NCBI GenBank assembly: GCA_963843845.1
Contig: CAWJMB010000007.1
Location: 32,875 to 96,874 of the forward strand
Reading direction: 5' to 3'
Source: an uncultured Gemmatimonadaceae bacterium
Lineage (GTDB): Bacteria; Gemmatimonadota; Gemmatimonadetes; Gemmatimonadales; Gemmatimonadaceae
DNA length: 64,000 nt
Of the stretch, positions 23,023 to 32,311 are shown one piece after another. The notes beneath the pieces were generated by a model that saw only the letters and a program-made list of their open reading frames with translations, was not told where the DNA came from and ran no database searches. The position numbers and the translations under genes are program-made. Positions within the stretch are counted from its first letter, which is position 1, and each line of letters starts with the position of its first letter.

Positions 23023-23154
23023 CCGCCGTTCCTCGTCCGCCGTGAGTCCACCCGTATCACCGCCGTTCAACCGCCGTATCACCGCGTAACCGCCGTGTCA
23101 CTGCGGCCGAACGGCGGTGATACGGTTCGACTCACGGCGGACGAGGTGGGGCGG
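23023..23154. repeat. Long hairpin / MITE-like element, family A copy 1, between convergent genes
   Basis: CCTCGTCCGCCGTGAGTC pairs with GACTCACGGCGGACGAGG; inner CCGTATCACCGCCGTTC pairs with GAACGGCGGTGATACGG. Confidence 0.8.
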
Positions 23155-23165
23155 TGTACGGCGGG

Positions 23166-25793
23166 TCAGAACTTGGCCTGCACCCCGAGCGCGATCGTCC
23201 GTCCCGTGACGAGGGCCAGCGCATCGGGCTCGCCGCGCTGCGTGCCTAACAGATTCTCGCCGGCGAGCGTGAGCGCGACGCCGCGCGCGAGGTCGCGCGA
23301 CGCCGAGGCGCGCAGGCGAGTCGCGCCGGTGTAGTCGCGCCGGTACGTGCGCAACACGTCGCCGCCGATCGTCGACCCGGCGCTTGCCGACGTGGCGGAC
23401 GCCGTGCCCAACGACACGCCAGGCGTGCTGCCTGACGCCGCGAGGTCGTTCGCCAGGGCGAGGCGGTCGTAGCCGACCCAGTCGCTCGCCCGCGACGCGC
23501 CGCCGACGAACGACCAGCGGTCGGCGAGCCACGCGAGCGAGAGCGACGCCGTGCGGGCCGGCACGTCGAGCATCCGATCGCCGGCGCGGAGTGCGCTCCC
23601 GACCGCGAGCGGCGACACACGCGTCACCCGGCTGTCGACCGCGGCATAGGCCGCGTCGACGGCGAGGCGGCCGACGCGCGTGACGCCGCGCAGCTCCCAG
23701 CCGCGGTTCGCGACGGCGCCGCCGTTCACGAGCGCGACGCGCGGCACGGTCGCCTGGCGTACGCGCCACGACGACGCGGCAGCCGCCGGCGACACGGCCT
23801 GCAGCAGTCCGCTCGCTCGCTGGTCGAAGCGCGTGACGTGGAGCGCCGTTGGTCCGCGCGCCACGTCCGCACCGAGCTCCACGCCGGTCTGCGACTCGTT
23901 CTCGAGCGGCCGCGCGCCCGGGCGCGCGCCGAGCACGCTGCCGACGTTCGGCGAACGCACGGAGCGGCCGTACGCGGCGCGCAGCTTCAGCGACGCGCCG
24001 CCGACGTCGTGCACGACCGCGGCGCCGAGCGTCGGGAGGAGCGAGAGCGTGGGCACGAGACGTCCGCCGGCGTCGCGCTCGATGCGCGCGCCGCCGCTCA
24101 CGAACAGCGCGTCGCGAAACGCGAGCGCCGACTGCGCGACGAGCGCCGTGCTCGTCCGCGTCGTCGAGTCGACGGCGGTCGCGACGCGCGCCACGAGGTG
24201 CTCGGCGCCGAGCGTCACGGTCGCGTGCCGGGTCGCGTCGCCGAAGCGGCCGACGGTGCGGACGCGCGCCGTGAGCTGGTCCACCCCGCCGCGCGCCGCG
24301 TGGAGCGCCGAGTCGGCCGAGGAGCGGAACGGGACGCCGCCGCTCGACCCCTGCGTGAGGCGATAGCCGTCGACACCGATCGTCGCCTCGGGGGTCCACC
24401 GCGCGGCGCCCGCGGCGGCCGTCACGGCGAGGGTGTACTGGCGCGAGTGCTGGCCCTCGCCGGCGAGCGAGTCGGTCGCCGGGAACGGTCGCGCCGACCC
24501 CGCGCCGAAGGCGACGGCGGCCGTCGCGCCCGACGCGGCGGCGAGCGCGTCGGTCGTCGTCCCGGTCGCCTTGCTCGCGACGCGCGCGGCGAGCGTGACC
24601 GCGCCGCGCGCGCCGGCGACGCGCGCGTCGCCGTGCGCGGCGAGCTCGCGCATGCTGCCGTTCGGCACGAAGTCGCCGATCGTGCCGAACAGCACGCCGA
24701 GCCCCGCGGCGCGCGTCTCCGATCCGGCGCGCACCGAGAGCGTGTGCTGCTGCGCCAGCACACTCGCGCCGAGCGCCGTCCGCGACGGACCCGCAGCGCT
24801 GCGCAGTCGGAAGGCCGGCGCGCCGTCGACCGTCCCGTCGTGGCGCGTCTCGATCTCGATGACGCCGCCCGCCGCGCTCGCGCCGTAGCGCGCCGCGCCC
24901 TGCGGACCGCGCGTGACGGTGACGCGCGCGACCGCGTCGGGGACGAGGCTCGTGAACAGCAGCGGGTTCGCGACTTCGACGCCGTCGACGAAGATCGCCG
25001 GCGACTCGGCGCCGAACGCGCTCGCGCCGCGCAGGCTTCCCCACCGGCTGCCGAGCGACGCGGGCGACGCGGCCCACCGCCACAGTCCCGGCAGCGTGGC
25101 CAGCGCGCCGCCGAGCGCGTCGCCTCCCGTCGCCGGCGTGCCGAACGCACCGAGCGCGGCGCCGGCGATGACGTCGCGCGCGTCGACGGCGGCGCGGTCG
25201 TCGGACTCGCCGTGGTCGCGCGCGACGCCGCGCACGAGCACGGGCGCGAGCCGCCCGATCTCGTGCGCCGTCTCGGCGACTCGCACGCGCGCGGCGTCGG
25301 CGTGCGGCGCGCGCGTGACGGGCGCCACACCGTCAGCCCCGGACCCGCTCGGCCCTTCGGCCGCGCGCGGCGCGAGCACGACGTGATCGTCGCCGACCAC
25401 GACCGGTTCGACCGCGCCGCCGACGAGGGCGGCGAGCACGTCCCCGACCGCGCGCGCGCCGCCGAGCACCACGCAGACGCGGCGGTCGAGCGGCAACAGC
25501 TCCGCGGCGTACGACAGTCGGAACCGCCCGCGCTCGGCCAGCAGGTCGAGGGCGTCGCGCAGCGAGAGCTCGCGCGCATCGGGGCGCGTGCCGAACGTCA
25601 CGCGCCGGTCGAGCGGCGCGCCCCACGACGTCGCTCGTGGCGCGACGGTCGGCGCGACGCAGCCGTCGGTGCGCGCCACCGCTGCGGCATGCGCGCCGGC
25701 CGGCACGATCACGGCGACCGTCAGCGCCGCGATGACGACGCCCGACGCGCCCGTTCCGCCGTACCTCGTCCGTCGCATCGACGTCCGCATCAC
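23166..25793 (-). CDS. TonB-dependent receptor with N-terminal signalling (STN-like) extension
   Basis: LSLRDALDLLAERGRFRLSY, plug PAIFVDGV...VTRGPQGAARYGASAAGGVI, ENLLG, C-terminal F. Confidence 0.85.
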   Translation of the reverse strand: MMRTSMRRTRYGGTGASGVVIAALTVAVIVPAGAHAAAVARTDGCVAPTVAPRATSWGAPLDRRVTFGTRPDARELSLRDALDLLAERGRFRLSYAAELLPLDRRVCVVLGGARAVGDVLAALVGGAVEPVVVGDDHVVLAPRAAEGPSGSGADGVAPVTRAPHADAARVRVAETAHEIGRLAPVLVRGVARDHGESDDRAAVDARDVIAGAALGAFGTPATGGDALGGALATLPGLWRWAASPASLGSRWGSLRGASAFGAESPAIFVDGVEVANPLLFTSLVPDAVARVTVTRGPQGAARYGASAAGGVIEIETRHDGTVDGAPAFRLRSAAGPSRTALGASVLAQQHTLSVRAGSETRAAGLGVLFGTIGDFVPNGSMRELAAHGDARVAGARGAVTLAARVASKATGTTTDALAAASGATAAVAFGAGSARPFPATDSLAGEGQHSRQYTLAVTAAAGAARWTPEATIGVDGYRLTQGSSGGVPFRSSADSALHAARGGVDQLTARVRTVGRFGDATRHATVTLGAEHLVARVATAVDSTTRTSTALVAQSALAFRDALFVSGGARIERDAGGRLVPTLSLLPTLGAAVVHDVGGASLKLRAAYGRSVRSPNVGSVLGARPGARPLENESQTGVELGADVARGPTALHVTRFDQRASGLLQAVSPAAAASSWRVRQATVPRVALVNGGAVANRGWELRGVTRVGRLAVDAAYAAVDSRVTRVSPLAVGSALRAGDRMLDVPARTASLSLAWLADRWSFVGGASRASDWVGYDRLALANDLAASGSTPGVSLGTASATSASAGSTIGGDVLRTYRRDYTGATRLRASASRDLARGVALTLAGENLLGTQRGEPDALALVTGRTIALGVQAKF

Positions 25794-25935
25794 CGCCGCA
25801 TCACCGCCGCATCACCGCCGCATCGACGTCCGCATCGACGTCCGCATCACCGCCGCATCACCGCCGTTTCGCCGCGGTTCGACCGCGGTCGAACCGCGGC
25901 GGTGCGGAGCCGTGCACGCGGACGAGGAACGGCGG
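25756..25935. repeat. Hairpin / MITE-like element, family A copy 2, with internal 11-12 bp tandem repeats
   Basis: Ends CCGCCGTACCTCGTCCG / CGGACGAGGAACGGCGG; internal GCATCACCGCC and GCATCGACGTCC repeats; 30-bp perfect palindrome at 25871-25900. Confidence 0.8.
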
Positions 25936-25939
25936 CACT

Positions 25940-27037
25940 TCATTGGCGCGGCGTGACGTGGGAAAGGGTAACGATACCCCCCTCGCGCTCGACCCGCGCA
26001 CCGAGCGCGAGGCCGATGACGCGCAGCACGCCGTCGAGCGGCTCGCCGGAGAACGTCGCGACGAGGTGCCGCCCTGCGACGACGGTGTCCGCGACGCGCA
26101 GCTCCACGCCGTACCATCGCCGAAGCTCTGCGCGCACGACGTCGAGCGAGGCGTGGCGGAACACGAGCCGGCCGCGCGTCCATGCCACATCGTCGTCGGT
26201 CGACGCGCCGGGACGCGCGATGACACGGCCGGCTGCCGTGACGGCGCCGACGTCGCCGGCGCGCAGGAGCGCGGTCGACCCTGCGTTCGACGCGGCGCCT
26301 GCGACGTCGCTCGCCGAGAGCTCGGCGGCGCCGCTCCGCACCGCGACGCGGACACGCGCGACGGTCGAGTCGTCGCCAGCGACGGCCGGCGCGTCCGTCC
26401 GCACCGTGAACGTCGTGCCGACGTCGCGCACCAGCGCCCCGGCGGCGTGCACCACGAACGGGCGCGCCGAGTCGTGCCGCACGTCGAAGAACGCCTCGCC
26501 GACGAGCGTGACGTCGCGCCGCGCGTCGCCGTAGTCGTCGCTCACGTCGAGGCGGCTGTTCGGCGCGAGCAGCACCGTGCTGCCGTCGGGAAGCCGCACC
26601 GAATCGCGCTGACCGACTGTCGTCGCGTACTGGCGCCGCGCCGTCGCATCGGCGTCGCGCGTCGAGAGCCAGCGCAGCGCGCCGATGGCGACGACGAGCA
26701 GCGCGGCCGCGGCGCGGACGACGGGGCGTCGCCAGCGCGACAGCACGACGACAGCCGGATCCGGCGACGTCTGCGCCGCGGACGTCTGCGCCGCGGACGT
26801 CTGCGCCGCGGACGTCTGCGCCGCGACGCGCTGCCACGCGGCGTCGACGTCGATGGTCATCGTCGCGGACGACGGCGCGGCGGCCGCACGGTCGGCCGTC
26901 GCGTGCAGCGCACGAACGAGCGCGGCGTCGTTCGGGTGCGCGTCCATCCAGCGCCGGATCGCCTCGGCGTCCTCGGCCGGGCACTCGCCGGCGAGGTAGC
27001 GAGCGATCGTCTCCCAATCGAACGGCGTCGTGGACAT
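25940..27037 (-). CDS. FecR family anti-sigma / transmembrane sensor
   Basis: WETIARYLAGE, LPDGSTVLLAPNSRL, GEAFFDV, VGTTFTV, AWTRGRLVF, LRRWYGV. Confidence 0.93.
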   Translation of the reverse strand: MSTTPFDWETIARYLAGECPAEDAEAIRRWMDAHPNDAALVRALHATADRAAAAPSSATMTIDVDAAWQRVAAQTSAAQTSAAQTSAAQTSPDPAVVVLSRWRRPVVRAAAALLVVAIGALRWLSTRDADATARRQYATTVGQRDSVRLPDGSTVLLAPNSRLDVSDDYGDARRDVTLVGEAFFDVRHDSARPFVVHAAGALVRDVGTTFTVRTDAPAVAGDDSTVARVRVAVRSGAAELSASDVAGAASNAGSTALLRAGDVGAVTAAGRVIARPGASTDDDVAWTRGRLVFRHASLDVVRAELRRWYGVELRVADTVVAGRHLVATFSGEPLDGVLRVIGLALGARVEREGGIVTLSHVTPRQ

Positions 27038-27275
27038 GCTGCGAGGTACACATGAAGCGCACGACACCCTACAGCCAATCGCCGATGCGTTCGCCCTGGT
27101 TCCCCGACAGAAGGAACAGAAGAGATCACCCGAGTACGTCTCCAGCGCCTTCTGTGCCTTCTGTGCCTTCTGTCAACGACGGTCGAACGAAGCGCGAACT
27201 GCCGTAGCCGAGGGCGATGCTGACGCGCGACTGCGCCGATCATGCCGAACCGGGCGCACGCGGGTACAATCGCGG

Positions 27276-27851
27276 ATGTCCGACGATCTCCTGAGCCGCG
27301 TGCAGCGCGGTGAGCACGCCGCGTTCGAGGAGATCTTTCGCACCTGGTACTCGCCCCTCGTTCGGATGGTCGACGGCGTCGTTCGGAGTCAGGCGGTGGC
27401 CGAGGAGCTCGTGCAGGACGTGCTGCTCGAGCTGTGGCGACGGCGCGACCGGCTCGATCCGTCGCTGCGCGCGGGAGAGGGTGGAGGTGGGTCGGTGGCG
27501 GCGTATCTCTTTCAGTCGGCGCGGAACCGGGCGCTGAACCACGTGCGCCACGGTCGCGTCGTCGACCGTAGCGTGCCGCTCCTCGTCGTCGGCGACCGCC
27601 CGCGCGCCGCACCGGCCGACGATGCGATCGCGATCGACGAACTGGCAGCCGCCATCCATGCCGCCGTCGCCTCGCTGCCGCCCCGCTGTCGCGAGGTGTT
27701 CGAGCTGAGCCGACGCGACGGGCTTCGCTACGCCGAGATCGCCGAGCGGTTGGGAGTCACGATCAAGGCCGTGGAGGCGCAGATGGGGCGGGCGCTGCGG
27801 ACGATGCGCGAGCGACTGGCGCCGTGGCTGCCGCCAGGGGAGACGATGTGA
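27276..27851 (+). CDS. ECF RNA polymerase sigma-70 factor
   Basis: AFEEIFR, AEELVQDVLLELW, YLFQSARNRALN, LPPRCREVFELSRRDGLRYAEIA. Confidence 0.93.
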   Translation: MSDDLLSRVQRGEHAAFEEIFRTWYSPLVRMVDGVVRSQAVAEELVQDVLLELWRRRDRLDPSLRAGEGGGGSVAAYLFQSARNRALNHVRHGRVVDRSVPLLVVGDRPRAAPADDAIAIDELAAAIHAAVASLPPRCREVFELSRRDGLRYAEIAERLGVTIKAVEAQMGRALRTMRERLAPWLPPGETM

Positions 27852-27866
27852 CGGCCCTCGTCGCCG

Positions 27867-28289
27867 TCACTCGCCGTACACCGTTCTCGTCAGCGTGCCG
27901 CCGCCCGGCTGACGAAAGACGATCCGCAGCGGGCTCGTGATCGGCGGCGCGATGGTGAGCGGCTGCCCGCGCAGTTCGACGGTGCCGGTGACGCACTCCT
28001 GCCGGCCACGCCGCGTGTACTGCCCGATCGCGAGGACGTCGACCTGCTCGACGCTCGTGCGGGTGGTGTCGAAGCCGACGAACCGGTTGCAATCGTTCGT
28101 CGCGACACGGGCCCAGACGAACACGGTCGCGGGCGCAGCGCCGGGGAAGGCGGTCGGCCCGGTCACCGAGTCGACCGGGAAGATGTACGACAGCTGCTCG
28201 GCGCCGTCGAGGAAGCTGTCGCAGGCCGCGGCGCCGAACGACGTGGCGACCACGGCGGCGCTCAGGAGGGGGCGAAGAATGCGGCGCAC
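27867..28289 (-). CDS. Putative lipoprotein
   Basis: Basic then hydrophobic N-terminus ending AAAC (lipobox-like); start uncertain. Confidence 0.6.
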   Translation of the reverse strand: MRRILRPLLSAAVVATSFGAAACDSFLDGAEQLSYIFPVDSVTGPTAFPGAAPATVFVWARVATNDCNRFVGFDTTRTSVEQVDVLAIGQYTRRGRQECVTGTVELRGQPLTIAPPITSPLRIVFRQPGGGTLTRTVYGE

Positions 28290-28299
28290 GACGGCCAAC

Positions 28300-29223
28300 T
28301 TACGCGCCGGCACGCCGACGCGTGAGCGCATCGTAGAGGCGCGGCGCTGCCACGCCGACGACGGCACCGAGACAGCCACCGGCCACGATGTCGATGCCGT
28401 AGTGCAGGCCGCCGTAGACGGCGCCGATCGAGAGCAGGATCGTGCAGACGAGACAGACGACCCCTGCCCACGGCTCGGCGCCCCAGGTGACGATCGTCTG
28501 GGCGACCGAGATGGCGACGTGCGACGAGGGGAACGCCGTGCCGCGCGAGGAGCCCGCGTGCAGAATGCGCTCGACGGCGAGTCGGATGGGCCCGCGCGGC
28601 AGCTGTTCGGGCATCGGCCACTCGAACCACGGCCCCTGCACCGGGAACAGCACGAACACGACGTAGCAACAGACGAAGGCGGACATCACGCCGAACATCG
28701 ACAGGCCGAACGCGCGGCGACGGTGCGTCAGGAAGAACAGCAGCGGGGGGCCGACGATCAGCGCGTAGTAGGACAGGTAGCCGGCGTGCAGCACCTCGCT
28801 CAGCGCGAGCGACGGCCAGCGGGCCGCGAGCGTCGCGGCGGGGCTGCCGTCGAACCAGCGGTCGAACAGCAGGTGCTCCCAGCGAATGACCGGCGCGTCG
28901 TGCATCGCCGTGCCGAAGCCGGCGGCGACGTGGGGCAGCTCGCCGTAGAGCGGCGGCACGAACACGATCGGCACCCAGGCGGCGACCACGGCGAGCCAGC
29001 GTGTCGCACGTCGCGACTCGGTCGCGCCGCCGCGAGCGGATCCGCGGTCGTGATCGCGATAGCGCGCGGCCCAGATCGCCGTCGCGAGCAGCAGCGCGTG
29101 CTCGACGACGCGGACCAGTGGCGCGCGCCCCGCCGCGGCCGCGACGAGCAGCGGAAGCGTCGCGAGCGCGAGATACGTCGCGACGAGCGTCGCGGCCGGC
29201 ACCCAGGGGCGCGGGTCGGTCAT
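28300..29223 (-). CDS. PAP2-superfamily membrane protein (Aur1/Ipt1-like phosphotransferase or phosphatase)
   Basis: LSEVLHAGYLSYY, FPVQGP, AFPSSHV, LHYGIDIVAG. Confidence 0.85.
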   Translation of the reverse strand: MTDPRPWVPAATLVATYLALATLPLLVAAAAGRAPLVRVVEHALLLATAIWAARYRDHDRGSARGGATESRRATRWLAVVAAWVPIVFVPPLYGELPHVAAGFGTAMHDAPVIRWEHLLFDRWFDGSPAATLAARWPSLALSEVLHAGYLSYYALIVGPPLLFFLTHRRRAFGLSMFGVMSAFVCCYVVFVLFPVQGPWFEWPMPEQLPRGPIRLAVERILHAGSSRGTAFPSSHVAISVAQTIVTWGAEPWAGVVCLVCTILLSIGAVYGGLHYGIDIVAGGCLGAVVGVAAPRLYDALTRRRAGA

Positions 29224-29307
29224 TCGCCAATGTACCGACTCCGTAAGCTTGTCCCAACACACATCGGGACCGTAATGTTCGCGGAGTTCTTCTCCCACCC
29301 GCGAGTC

Positions 29308-30471
29308 ATGGCTCTGGAGATCGTGCCGGTCGAATCGCCGCGCGACGTACGGCGGTTCATCGACGTCACCTGGCACGTGTACGATCAGCGCCGGTATCCG
29401 CAGTGGGTGCCGCCGCTCCGCATCGCGGTTCGCGACGTCCTGAACGAGCAGAAGCACCCCTTCTACGCGCACGCGGCGCGCGCGCTCTGGATCGCGCGCC
29501 GCGACGGCCGGCCGGTGGGGCGGATCGCCGCGATCGAGAACCGGGCGCACAACGCGTTCTACAAGGACCGCGTCGGCTTCTTCGGCTTCTTCGAGGCGCA
29601 GAACGACCCGGACGCCGCGCGGGCGTTGTTCGATACCGCCGGCAGCTGGCTCGCGCGGCGCGGCTTCGACACGATGCGCGGCCCGATGAACCCGTCGACG
29701 AACTACGAGTGCGGGCTGCTCGTCGACGGCTTCGAGCACCACCCGGTGCTCATGACGACGTGGAACCCGGCGTACTACCCCGACCTGCTCGACGGCGCCG
29801 GCTTCACGAAGGCGAAGGACCTGCTCGGTTGGTGGTACCCCGCGATGAAGCTCGACTACCAGATCGCCGAGGGGTACGCGCGGCAGGCGGCGCGGGCGAA
29901 GGGGATGAAGAACGTCACGTTCCGCGAGATCGACACGAAGAACTTCGCACGCGAGATCGCCGCGGCGTGGGACGTCTACAATGCGGCGTGGGAGGCGAAC
30001 TGGGGTTTCATCCCGATGTCGCGCGCCGAGTTCGATCTGCTGGGGAAGGATCTGAAGCTGATCCTCGATCCGCACTTCGCGCTCGCCGTCGAAGTCGACG
30101 GGACTCCCGCCGGGCTCGCCATCGCGCTGCCGGACTTTCACGAGATCTTCAAGCGCATCCCGAACGGCCGCCTGCTGCCGACCGGGATCTTCAAGCTGCT
30201 GACCGGCGGGAAACACATTCACGTCCTTCGCGTCATGGTACTCGGCGTGAAGCCGCAGTACCGCACGCGGAGCATCTTTCCGCTCATCCTCGACGAACTG
30301 ATGCGGCGTGGCCGGCAGTACGGCATCGTCGGCGCGGAAGCGTCGTGGGTGCTCGAGGACAATTCGTTGATGAATCGGCCGATGGAGGCGATGGGCGCCG
30401 AGCCGTACCGGCGGTGGCGCATCTACGACCGGCCGTTAGGCGGCGCTCAGCGCGCCAGAGAGGTCGCATGA
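29308..30471 (+). CDS. GNAT-fold protein of the YghO / bacterial ceramide synthase (bCerS) family
   Basis: WVPPL, HPFY, VGRIAAI, GFFGFFE, MRGPMNPSTNYECGLLVDGF, WNPAYY, YNAAWEANWGFIPM, LPDF, SWVLEDN; overlaps the spt start (ATGA). Confidence 0.8.
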   Translation: MALEIVPVESPRDVRRFIDVTWHVYDQRRYPQWVPPLRIAVRDVLNEQKHPFYAHAARALWIARRDGRPVGRIAAIENRAHNAFYKDRVGFFGFFEAQNDPDAARALFDTAGSWLARRGFDTMRGPMNPSTNYECGLLVDGFEHHPVLMTTWNPAYYPDLLDGAGFTKAKDLLGWWYPAMKLDYQIAEGYARQAARAKGMKNVTFREIDTKNFAREIAAAWDVYNAAWEANWGFIPMSRAEFDLLGKDLKLILDPHFALAVEVDGTPAGLAIALPDFHEIFKRIPNGRLLPTGIFKLLTGGKHIHVLRVMVLGVKPQYRTRSIFPLILDELMRRGRQYGIVGAEASWVLEDNSLMNRPMEAMGAEPYRRWRIYDRPLGGAQRAREVA

Positions 30472-31737
30472 CGCTCGCACACAAAGTGATCGACGACACG
30501 TTCGCGCAGAACGGTTCCAGCCCGCACGCGGACGCGCTCGGCGCCGTGGCGCCGCGGAAGACGCTGTTCGACAAGGCGGCGGCGTACACGGCGGCGCGCG
30601 AGGTGCAGGCCGCCGGCGTGTACCCGTACTACGCACCGATCGAGGCGTCGACGACGTCCGAGGTGCGCATCCGCGGGTGAGTGGAAGGTCATGCTCGGCT
30701 CGAACAACTACCTCGGGCTGACGCACCACCCGGAGGTGCTCGAGGCATGCGAGCGGGCGCTCCACAAGTACGGCTCGGGGTCGACGGGGAGCCGCCTGCT
30801 GAACGGCACGCTCGACCTGCACGAAGAGCTCGAAGCGCGCCTGGCGCGGCTCTACCGCAAGGAGGCGGCGCTCGTCTTCACGACCGGCTTCCAGGTGAGC
30901 CTGGGCGTCATCGCGACGCTCGTCGCGAAAGGCGACCACGCGTTCCTCGACAAGCTCGACCACGCCTGCATCGTCGACGGCGCGCGGCTCGCGTTAGGCG
31001 AGATCCACCGCTACGCGCACAACGACGTCACGCAGCTCGAGCGGCAGCTCGCCGCGGCGCCGCGCGACGCCGGCAAGCTCATCGTCACCGACGGCGTGTT
31101 CTCGATGGAAGGGACGATCGCGAACCTGCCGGGCATCGTCGACGTCGCGAAGCGGCACGGCGCGGCGATCCTCGTCGACGACGCCCACGCGATCGGCGTG
31201 CTCGGCGACGACGGCTCGGGGACGGCGCGCCACTTCGGGCTCGACGACGACGTCGACATGGTGATGGCGACGTTCTCGAAGTCGCTCGCCTCGGTCGGCG
31301 GCGTGGTCGCCGGTCCGGAAGACGCGCTGCACTTCCTCCGGCACCACGCGCGCGCCCTCATCTTCACGGCGAGCATGCCGCCGGCGTCGGTCGCCGGGAC
31401 GCTCGCCGCGCTCGACGTCATGGCGAAGGAGCCGGATCGCCGCGCGCGGCTGTGGGCGAACACGCGGCGCATGTCCGAGGGGCTGCGGAACGCCGGGCTG
31501 AACGCCGGGCGCGGCGAGACGCCGATCATCCCCGTCGTCGTCGGCGGGCTGCCGCGCACGCTGCGGATCTGGCGCCACCTGTTCGACGCCGGCGTCTTCG
31601 TCCATCCGGTCGTTCCGCCGGCCGTCCCGCCGAACGACTGCCGCATCCGGCTGTCGATGACGGCGGAGCACACGTTCGAGCAGATCGACCGCGTCGTCGA
31701 GGCGTTCGCGGACGCGGTGCGGCGGGTGCCGGCCTGA
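30468..31737 (+). CDS. spt: Alpha-oxoamine synthase, probably serine palmitoyltransferase (apparent +1 G frameshift near 30677)
   Basis: GVYPYY, MLGSNNYLGLT, GSRLLNGTLDLH, DHACI, DGVFSMEG, DDAH, TFSKSLASVGG (PLP lysine); coupled to the bCerS-like gene. Confidence 0.75.
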
Positions 31738-31753
31738 CGGGGCAGATCGTCGC

Positions 31754-32272
31754 ATGCGGCACCTCGTGATGGACAGCCCGGTCGGCCCGCTCACGCTCGT
31801 CGCCGACGACGAGGGGCTGGCCGGCGTGTACTTCGAGCGGCACCGCCACCCCCCGTGGCCGCCGGCGCCCTGGGGACCGGCCGACGATCGCACGCCGGCC
31901 GGCCGTCTGCTGCACGATGCGGAGTCGCAGCTCCGCGAGTACTTCGCGGGCACGCGCACCGCGTTCGACCTGCCGCTCGCGCCGCGCGGCACGCCGTTCC
32001 AGCTCGGGGTGTGGGCGCAGCTCCGCGCGATTCCGTTCGGCGAGACGCGATCCTACCTCGACCTCGCCGTCGCGTTAGGCACTCCCGCGTCGACGCGCGC
32101 GGTCGGGGCGGCGAACGGGCGGAACCCGCTCTCGATCGTCGTCCCCTGTCATCGCGTGATCGGGGCGGACGGGTCGCTCACGGGGTTCGGCGGGGGGATC
32201 GAGCGGAAGCGGTGGCTGCTGGCGCACGAGCGGGCGCTGCCGGACGCAGCGCAACTCTCGTTGCTCGGCTGA
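31754..32272 (+). CDS. ogt: Methylated-DNA--protein-cysteine methyltransferase
   Basis: GTPFQ, IPFGETRSY, RAVGAANGRNP, PCHRV. Confidence 0.95.
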   Translation: MRHLVMDSPVGPLTLVADDEGLAGVYFERHRHPPWPPAPWGPADDRTPAGRLLHDAESQLREYFAGTRTAFDLPLAPRGTPFQLGVWAQLRAIPFGETRSYLDLAVALGTPASTRAVGAANGRNPLSIVVPCHRVIGADGSLTGFGGGIERKRWLLAHERALPDAAQLSLLG

Positions 32273-32311
32273 CCACGGCAGTCGCGACTTCCCGCCGTCA
32301 GAGAGCGACGA

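Noticed and set aside
25775..25865. Short repeats read as a mini-CRISPR or iterons
   Set aside because: Units are directly adjacent with no unique spacers, and no rep gene is nearby
30670..30690. In-frame TGA in spt read as selenocysteine or readthrough
   Set aside because: The downstream part is in another frame; deleting one G from GGG restores ...IRGEWKVMLGSNN
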